This document shows, one piece after another, positions 57,675 through 64,000 of a DNA stretch of 64,000 nt. Under the pieces are notes generated by a model. That model was not told the origin of the DNA, ran no database searches, and was given only the letters and a program-made list of their open reading frames with translations. The translations under genes and the position numbers were made by a program. Position 1 is the stretch's first letter; each line of letters opens with the position of its first letter. The stretch comes from Patescibacteria group bacterium (GTDB lineage Bacteria; Patescibacteriota; Patescibacteriia; Buchananbacterales; SURF-54). The DNA lies in contig JAHIRB010000021.1 in assembly GCA_018818885.1 (NCBI GenBank), positions 12,461 through 76,460 on the forward strand, written 5' to 3'.

Positions 57675-59906
57675 TTGCCTATGATCACTTGGGTTAATTT
57701 TTTACATATTTATCAACCTCCCTATCAAGATCCTGAGGTTGTACAACAGGTTAGTAAAGAAAGTTACTGGCAGTTGGTAAATATTTTAAAAAAAAACAAA
57801 AATGCAAAAATTACTCTAAATTTTTCTGGTTGCCTTTTAGAACATCTATATAGTGTGGGTCAAGAAAAACTTATTGAAGAATTCAAACAATTAGTTGCTG
57901 GTAGACAAATTGAGCTTGTTGGTTCTGCCAGGTATCATCCAATACTACCACTTTTGCCACCAAATGAAATTAAACGACAAATAGAACTTAATGATCAAAT
58001 TTTAAAACAAGCTTTTGACGATCTTTACCATCCAACGGGGTTTTTCTTGCCAGAGATGGCTTACAATGCTAACGTAGCAAAAATAATTAAAAAACTGGGA
58101 TACAAATGGATTATTCTAGATGAGATTGCGTATAAAGGACGATTAGGACTAGTTGACTATAACAAAAAATATAAAATAAAAAATATCGGCTTAATGGTTG
58201 CCTTTCGTAACCGTGATATTTCCAAAACATTTGTACCAGATACCATACTGAGCCTGACAAAAAAAAGCAATCCTCCTAATTTTCTAATAACTGCCACAGA
58301 CGGCGAAATGTACGGACATCACCATCATGACTGGCAAAATGTATTTGAACAAATTTTAAAAAATAATCAAGTAAGGACAAAAACAGTCTCTGAATATCTT
58401 GAACTGAGCATGCCAACTGAATCTGTCACTCCACTGGCAAGCAGTTGGGAAAGCACCCCTCAGGAACTGAAAAGAAAGCTCCCCTATGCTCTATGGCAAA
58501 ATCCAAAAAACAAGATACATCAAAACCTTTGGGATCTAAGAAAAATTGCTATCAGGGTTGTCAGCGCCAGTAAAGAAAAAGGGCCTAATTACGATTGGGC
58601 TAGGCATCACTTAGATAGAGGCCTTGCCAGCTGTGCCTGGTGGTGGGCAGCAGATAGGAAGCTTGATCTTTTTGATTTTGTCACTTGGAATCCAGATGCT
58701 GTAGAAAAAGGCATAAAAGAATTAATTTCTAGTATTAGATCGCTACACAATGTATCACAAAAAACAAAACTTGAAGCAGAAAAACTGTATCATTTATTAA
58801 TTAAAGAAATTTGGAAAAAGCACTGGAAGAAATATCATAAAACTCAACCAGAAGCAAAAAAAATGTCTACTGAGATTAGACGCGGACTTTCTCTTTTAGA
58901 CCAGAACTTCTTAATAAAACTTTTCAAGAAACATGTAGCCCCACAAATTATTGGCAAAGACGAAATTAGTTACATCGCCATTAATACGTTCAAACAAAAA
59001 ATTGGTCAGCAGTCTTTTTATCATATTGTAGCTAGATACGAAGTACATTTTAAAAATAAAAAGATGAAACCGGTTGTCATATTCTGCAACTCAAATTCTA
59101 AAGAACCTAGACAAGGTGCATTTGAAGCTTTAGACCATTTGTGGAAAAATGATTTTTCTAAAGGAAATTTGATGTGCCCACAACCATTATTTTTTCTAAA
59201 ACGCTACAAAGCAATGTTTTACTTGGAAGCATCCGGAAAAAATCTTTATCAATATATTATTGATCCACAAACAAAGTTTCGAGAACTTAAAAACATTGTA
59301 AAACTTTCTGGTCGCTGGCTGGCAAAACTGCATAATCTTCCTACTGACAAAGTAAAAAATTTCAATCCTGCTCACAGTAAAATTTCTACAATATTGCCTG
59401 GCCCAAAACACTTTCTAAAATCAATTGATATAAAGCATAACAAATATCCAAAATACCATGATCAAACTGAAAAACTTTTCCACAAAATTAACAATTTAGA
59501 AAAAAAGTGGGGTTTTGATGAACAATATATTATCCATGGTGATTTCCACCCAGAAAATGTAATCTATAATAAACAAAATAATTTGTTATTAGCAATTGAT
59601 TATACTGACTGCTGTTTAGGCCACTATGCCAGAGACTTGGCCAGCTTTATTCAACAACTTGGATACATGTCACGAAAAAATATTAGTTATCTCCAAATTA
59701 AAAAACTACAAAAAATATTTTTGCAATCATATTTAAAAAGAAGAAAAATCAAGCTAAAAACAAAAGATCACAACAGGCTTAATCTATATAAAGCTTGGAC
59801 ATCGTTAAGAAGCGCAATATTTTTTCTAACTGTTAGCACTTTTGATAGACCTCGCGCTGATGCGTTATTTGAAGAAACTAAAGGCTACTTAAAAAAAATA
59901 AAATAA
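57675..59906 (+). CDS. GH57 family hydrolase fused to a C-terminal APH/protein-kinase-like phosphotransferase
   Basis: FLHIYQP, HPILPL, GFFLPEM, ATDGEMYGHH, ASCAWWWA; then WLAKLH, IHGDFHPENV, AIDY, DLA. Confidence 0.85.
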   Translation: MPMITWVNFLHIYQPPYQDPEVVQQVSKESYWQLVNILKKNKNAKITLNFSGCLLEHLYSVGQEKLIEEFKQLVAGRQIELVGSARYHPILPLLPPNEIKRQIELNDQILKQAFDDLYHPTGFFLPEMAYNANVAKIIKKLGYKWIILDEIAYKGRLGLVDYNKKYKIKNIGLMVAFRNRDISKTFVPDTILSLTKKSNPPNFLITATDGEMYGHHHHDWQNVFEQILKNNQVRTKTVSEYLELSMPTESVTPLASSWESTPQELKRKLPYALWQNPKNKIHQNLWDLRKIAIRVVSASKEKGPNYDWARHHLDRGLASCAWWWAADRKLDLFDFVTWNPDAVEKGIKELISSIRSLHNVSQKTKLEAEKLYHLLIKEIWKKHWKKYHKTQPEAKKMSTEIRRGLSLLDQNFLIKLFKKHVAPQIIGKDEISYIAINTFKQKIGQQSFYHIVARYEVHFKNKKMKPVVIFCNSNSKEPRQGAFEALDHLWKNDFSKGNLMCPQPLFFLKRYKAMFYLEASGKNLYQYIIDPQTKFRELKNIVKLSGRWLAKLHNLPTDKVKNFNPAHSKISTILPGPKHFLKSIDIKHNKYPKYHDQTEKLFHKINNLEKKWGFDEQYIIHGDFHPENVIYNKQNNLLLAIDYTDCCLGHYARDLASFIQQLGYMSRKNISYLQIKKLQKIFLQSYLKRRKIKLKTKDHNRLNLYKAWTSLRSAIFFLTVSTFDRPRADALFEETKGYLKKIK

Positions 59907-60007
59907 CGACCCACACTAATTGTTATGTTTAAAACGCTTAATAAAAATTTAATAAGTACAAATATCAATACGCCTATGTTAAATAAAATAATTGGTGGGC
60001 GGTAAAT

Positions 60008-60574
60008 ATGCAACATCATTTAATTTTTGAGGGTGCAGAACTTGCAGGCAAAAGCTATCTAATGGCTCCTGTTTATAATTTCTTGGAAGAAAAATACAAT
60101 CAGAATAAAGTTGTGTTGGACGGCTGCCATTGGTTTAATTCTGATGTTGGTATATTTGGAACTACTTATGGTAAACCATGTATTGAAAAATATACTGAGA
60201 TGCTCAGTTTGTTAAAAGACAAAAACATTTTATTCGAAAAATTCCATATTTCTGATATAGTCTACAACCGCCTTCATAATAATATTGAACTGGATTATTC
60301 TAAAACTGAAACAAAACTAAAAAATCTTAATACTAAAATCATTCTTTGCACTTACACAGAAGACGAAAAACTAATATCAGAACGAATCAAAGACAGGCTG
60401 AATCTTTACCCACACTATAAACGTATTTTGCATGATCCTAAGTGGTACATACAACAGCAGCAACAATATATAGAAGAAGTTAAAAAAAGTCAATTACCAT
60501 ATAAAATTATTGACCTGACAAAAATACCTAACCAAAAGTACAAAGATGTGCTAAAATGGATTGGTGAAAAATAA
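60008..60574 (+). CDS. thymidylate/NMP kinase-like P-loop protein
   Basis: IFEGAELAGKS, EKFHISDIVY. Confidence 0.7.
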   Translation: MQHHLIFEGAELAGKSYLMAPVYNFLEEKYNQNKVVLDGCHWFNSDVGIFGTTYGKPCIEKYTEMLSLLKDKNILFEKFHISDIVYNRLHNNIELDYSKTETKLKNLNTKIILCTYTEDEKLISERIKDRLNLYPHYKRILHDPKWYIQQQQQYIEEVKKSQLPYKIIDLTKIPNQKYKDVLKWIGEK

Positions 60575-60586
60575 TATTAACAATTT

Positions 60587-61489
60587 ATGAAAAAATCAAA
60601 ACTCCCATATTATATAGGCGTTGACGTAGGCGGAACAAAAATTGCTGCTGCATTGATTACCAACAATAAAATTCAAAAACGTATAAAGATACCTACCGAA
60701 AGTAGCCGGGGCAAAAAAGTAGTCTTAAAAAATATTGAAACAGCAGTTAGAGAAGTTTGGCAAAAAAACGTCAAAGCAATTGGTGTTAGTTTTGCAGGAC
60801 AAATTGATCAAAAAAAAGGTATCGTGATCGTCAGCCCTAATTTTTCTAAAAATTTTAAAAACGTAAAAGTTGCAGCTTTTTTAAAAAAGAAATTTAAAAA
60901 ACCTACCTTTGTCGAAAACGACACAAATTGTTTTGCGTTAGCAGAAAGTGTGTTAGGTGCGGGCAAAAAATATAAATACGTTGTAGGTTTAACGATAGGA
61001 ACTGGTGTTGGGTCTAGCATGATATTTGATGGTATTATTTTTCATGGAGAAAATGGCGCTGCTGGAGAGTGGGGGCATACCTCTATTGTAGAAAACGGTT
61101 TAACATGTTCTTGCAAACAAGTTGGGCATTTTGAAACTTATGCTTCTGGCAGTGGTATGTCTAAGCTTTACAAAAAAATCACCGGCAAGGAAAAGGATAC
61201 GTTTTATATTGAACAGCAGGCCAAAAAAGGTGATAAACATGCCAAACTTGTTTTAAAAATAATGTCTGAATCTTTGGGTGTAGGCATAGCAAATATCATC
61301 AACGCCTTGAATCCAAGCATTATAATAATTGGTGGTGGAATGATACGAGTAAATGATTTATGGAGTCCTGCTTTAAAAATTGCCCGCAAAAAGGCAGTTT
61401 ATCCAATATTGAAAAAAACAAAAATTGTTAAATCTAAATTAAAAGATGACGCTGGATTGTTAGGTGCGACCTTAATCATTAGAAATTGA
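60587..61489 (+). CDS. ROK family sugar kinase (glucokinase-like)
   Basis: GVDVGGTK, ENDTNC, GTGVG, GEWGH, CSCKQVGHFE. Confidence 0.93.
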   Translation: MKKSKLPYYIGVDVGGTKIAAALITNNKIQKRIKIPTESSRGKKVVLKNIETAVREVWQKNVKAIGVSFAGQIDQKKGIVIVSPNFSKNFKNVKVAAFLKKKFKKPTFVENDTNCFALAESVLGAGKKYKYVVGLTIGTGVGSSMIFDGIIFHGENGAAGEWGHTSIVENGLTCSCKQVGHFETYASGSGMSKLYKKITGKEKDTFYIEQQAKKGDKHAKLVLKIMSESLGVGIANIINALNPSIIIIGGGMIRVNDLWSPALKIARKKAVYPILKKTKIVKSKLKDDAGLLGATLIIRN

Positions 61490-61517
61490 AAATTGAAAAT
61501 TAGAAATTATCCATAAT

Positions 61518-64000
61518 ATGCCCATACCGGGATTATCAATTAAAACCCAATCGCCAAAAAACTGGAATAGATCTACGGGCAAATTAACACCGCCAAGTCG
61601 ATCTAGTGGTCCAAAAAAATACGGCAAATATAAACCAAAAAGACTAAAGCTTGGTTCATCTTTAACTAAGTTAATTCTTGGTGTAATTGTAGCTGGTTTA
61701 ATAATTGGTTCTGTCAGCTCATTAGGCGTGCTTATTTGGGTTTCACGTAATTTACCAGACCCTAATAAAATAATTGAACGTGACATAGCGTTAAGCACAA
61801 AAATTTATGACAGGACCGGTGAAGATATTTTGTATGATATTCATGGTGAAGAAAAAAGGACAATGATTGAACTTTCTGATATTCCACAATTTATGCTTGA
61901 CGCAACCCTAACGGCAGAAGATAGAAAGTTTTATGAACATAAAGGCTACAGCATCACGGGTGTAATTCGTTCAGTAATAAAAAACATAACAACTGGCAGT
62001 CGCGTAGGTGGTTCGACCTTGACACAACAGTTAGTAAAAAACGCTATATTATCTCCAGAAAAAACATACACGCGAAAGATAAAGGAACTTATTCTTTCTT
62101 ATCAAATTGAAAGAAAATTTTCTAAAGAAGAAATTTTAAAACTATACTTTAACGAAATCCCCTATGGCTCAACTGCCTACGGAATTGAGGCAGGTGCTCA
62201 AACATATTTTGGTAAATCAGTGGATGACCTTACGTTAGGCGAAGCAGCTATTTTAGCAGCTATGCCACAAGCACCAAGCTACTACTCCCCTTATGGCACA
62301 CATGTTGAGGAACTCTATGGTCGACAAGGATGGGTTTTAGATAGCATGGTAGAGCTTAATTATATTACAGAAGACCAAGCAACTGCAGCAAAAAATGAAA
62401 CAATTGAATTCAAAAAGAAAAGAGAAAGTATTGTTGCTCCTCATTTTGTAATGTATGTAAAAGAATACTTATCTGAAAAATATGGCGAACGCGCTGTTGA
62501 ACAAGGAGGTCTTAAAGTTATTACCACTCTGGATTTATATAAACAAGAAATTGCTGAAGAAGCTGTTACCAACGGTATGAAAAATATTGAAAACAGAGGT
62601 GGCTCAAATGCAGCTTTAGTTGCTCTTGATCCAAAAAATGGACAAATACTAGCCATGGTTGGTTCTAAAGATTTTTACGACGAAGAAATAGACGGGCAGG
62701 TCAACGTAACTATTAGAGATAGACAGCCTGGTTCTTCGTTTAAGCCAATTGTTTATGCTGCAGCATTCCAAAAAGGCTATACTCCAAACACAACTTTATT
62801 TGATGTAGAAACAACTTTTTTAACAGAGATCGGTAAAGACTACACACCAAAAAATTATGACTTAAAAGAACATGGCCCAGTCACTATTAGAAAAGCTCTG
62901 GCAGGATCATTAAATATACCAGCAGTCAAAACCATTTATTTAACAGGGGTGGATAATGTTTTAGATTTAGCAGACAAGCTAGGCTACACCACCTTAAAAG
63001 ACCGTAGTCGCTTTGGACTTTCTTTAGTACTTGGTGGTGGAGAGGTAAAACTTATTGAGCACGTTAATGCATACTCAGTATTTGCACGCGAAGGAGAATG
63101 GCACCCCATTACTTCTATCTTAAGAGTAGAAGATAAAGAAGGTAAAGTACTTGAAGAATGGGAAGAAACACAAAAAAAAGTAATGGAAACTCAAATCGCG
63201 CGTCAGATAAATAATATCTTGTCTGACAATGCAGCTAGAGCCTATGCTTTTGGTGAAAACTCTGCATTGCAGCTAGGAGGTCGCCCTGTAGCTGCAAAAA
63301 CAGGCACTACCAACGATTACAGAGATGCTTGGACCATTGGTTACACTCCGTCGTTATCAGTTGGTGTCTGGGCAGGAAATAACGATAACTCAGAAATGTC
63401 TAGCTCTGGCTCTATGATGACAGGCCCAATCTGGAACGAATTTATGCGTAGAGTATTGGGTGATACGCCAATTGAATCATTTAAAGAACCAGACGAAGTA
63501 AAGACCAACAAACCCATTTTAGATGGGCAAGTTGCCGGACAAGCTACTTATGACATTGATAGAGTGTCTGGCCTATTAGCTACAAAAAATACACCATCAG
63601 ACTATATCGTTAAAAAAACCTTTACACTTGCTCACAACATACTCTACTACGTAAATAAAGACGACCCTCAAGGCCTGCCGCCTGCTGACCCTACTCAAGA
63701 CTGGCAATATCAAAATTGGGAAGACGCAGTAGCAAAATGGGCGCAGGAAAATAACATGGTTTTAGATGAACCCCCTACTGAATATGATAATGTCCATCTG
63801 CCAGAATACCAGCCTACAATCAAAATTAATACACCAAAAAATAACGACAAAATAATTTCACGTGATATTAACTTAGATGTGCAGGCAGCTGCACCACGTG
63901 GAATTTCTAAAGTAGAATATTATATAGATAACTCTTTAATTGGAGTTGCTCAATCACCACCATTTAATATTATGGGGTACATTGGTGATCCTGCAATTGG
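61518..64000 (+). CDS. class A penicillin-binding protein (PBP1A-like), truncated by window edge
   Basis: Manual translation from ATG 61518: TM anchor, AEDRKFYEHKG, GGSTLTQQLVKN, RKIKE, RQPGSSFKP, SLNIP, KTGT. Not in the ORF track. Confidence 0.95.
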   Translation, partial: MPIPGLSIKTQSPKNWNRSTGKLTPPSRSSGPKKYGKYKPKRLKLGSSLTKLILGVIVAGLIIGSVSSLGVLIWVSRNLPDPNKIIERDIALSTKIYDRTGEDILYDIHGEEKRTMIELSDIPQFMLDATLTAEDRKFYEHKGYSITGVIRSVIKNITTGSRVGGSTLTQQLVKNAILSPEKTYTRKIKELILSYQIERKFSKEEILKLYFNEIPYGSTAYGIEAGAQTYFGKSVDDLTLGEAAILAAMPQAPSYYSPYGTHVEELYGRQGWVLDSMVELNYITEDQATAAKNETIEFKKKRESIVAPHFVMYVKEYLSEKYGERAVEQGGLKVITTLDLYKQEIAEEAVTNGMKNIENRGGSNAALVALDPKNGQILAMVGSKDFYDEEIDGQVNVTIRDRQPGSSFKPIVYAAAFQKGYTPNTTLFDVETTFLTEIGKDYTPKNYDLKEHGPVTIRKALAGSLNIPAVKTIYLTGVDNVLDLADKLGYTTLKDRSRFGLSLVLGGGEVKLIEHVNAYSVFAREGEWHPITSILRVEDKEGKVLEEWEETQKKVMETQIARQINNILSDNAARAYAFGENSALQLGGRPVAAKTGTTNDYRDAWTIGYTPSLSVGVWAGNNDNSEMSSSGSMMTGPIWNEFMRRVLGDTPIESFKEPDEVKTNKPILDGQVAGQATYDIDRVSGLLATKNTPSDYIVKKTFTLAHNILYYVNKDDPQGLPPADPTQDWQYQNWEDAVAKWAQENNMVLDEPPTEYDNVHLPEYQPTIKINTPKNNDKIISRDINLDVQAAAPRGISKVEYYIDNSLIGVAQSPPFNIMGYIGDPAI

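Noticed and set aside
61472-62656. minus-strand ORFs 61472-61798 and 62441-62656
   Set aside because: Antisense to the class A PBP gene
1-64000. alternative genetic code (UGA=Gly)
   Set aside because: Long genes translate intact in code 11 and several end in TGA with ATGA overlaps

Overview
AT-rich bacterial window with the hallmarks of a Patescibacteria (CPR, probably Parcubacteria/ABY1-like) chromosome; this placement is inferred from gene content. Core genes: trmH-like methylase, tRNA-Leu(TAA), ruvB, galU, yebC-ruvC, PGI/PMI, an alpha-glucan cluster (GH15, glgA, GH57-kinase fusion, ROK kinase) and a class A PBP running off the right edge. A B12-binding radical SAM gene runs off the left edge; both edge genes are missing from the ORF track. 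The centre holds a sugar-binding lipoprotein, a 10-gene VirB2/TrbC-like pilin array and a ~20 kb glycosylation island (GT-C, GT2, GT4, five SAM methyltransferases). The most striking feature is non-coding. At 22961-23451 (minus strand), tRNA-Ser genes are nested like Russian dolls: an intact tRNA-Ser(CGA) wrapped in 14-bp inverted repeats sits between nt 30/31 of an older tRNA-Ser(CGA), which is itself IR-wrapped and sits at the same position of a third, decayed tRNA. Related C(T/A)TG-plus-hairpin elements interrupt the older tRNAs without target duplication, and similar hairpins interrupt tRNA 3' remnants elsewhere. This suggests a REP-like system that targets and carries tRNAs. Other repeated non-coding modules are terminator-promoter units, MITE-like elements abutting start codons, and a duplicated promoter around a NYN/GIY-YIG cassette. 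All calls were made by eye; no searches were run.
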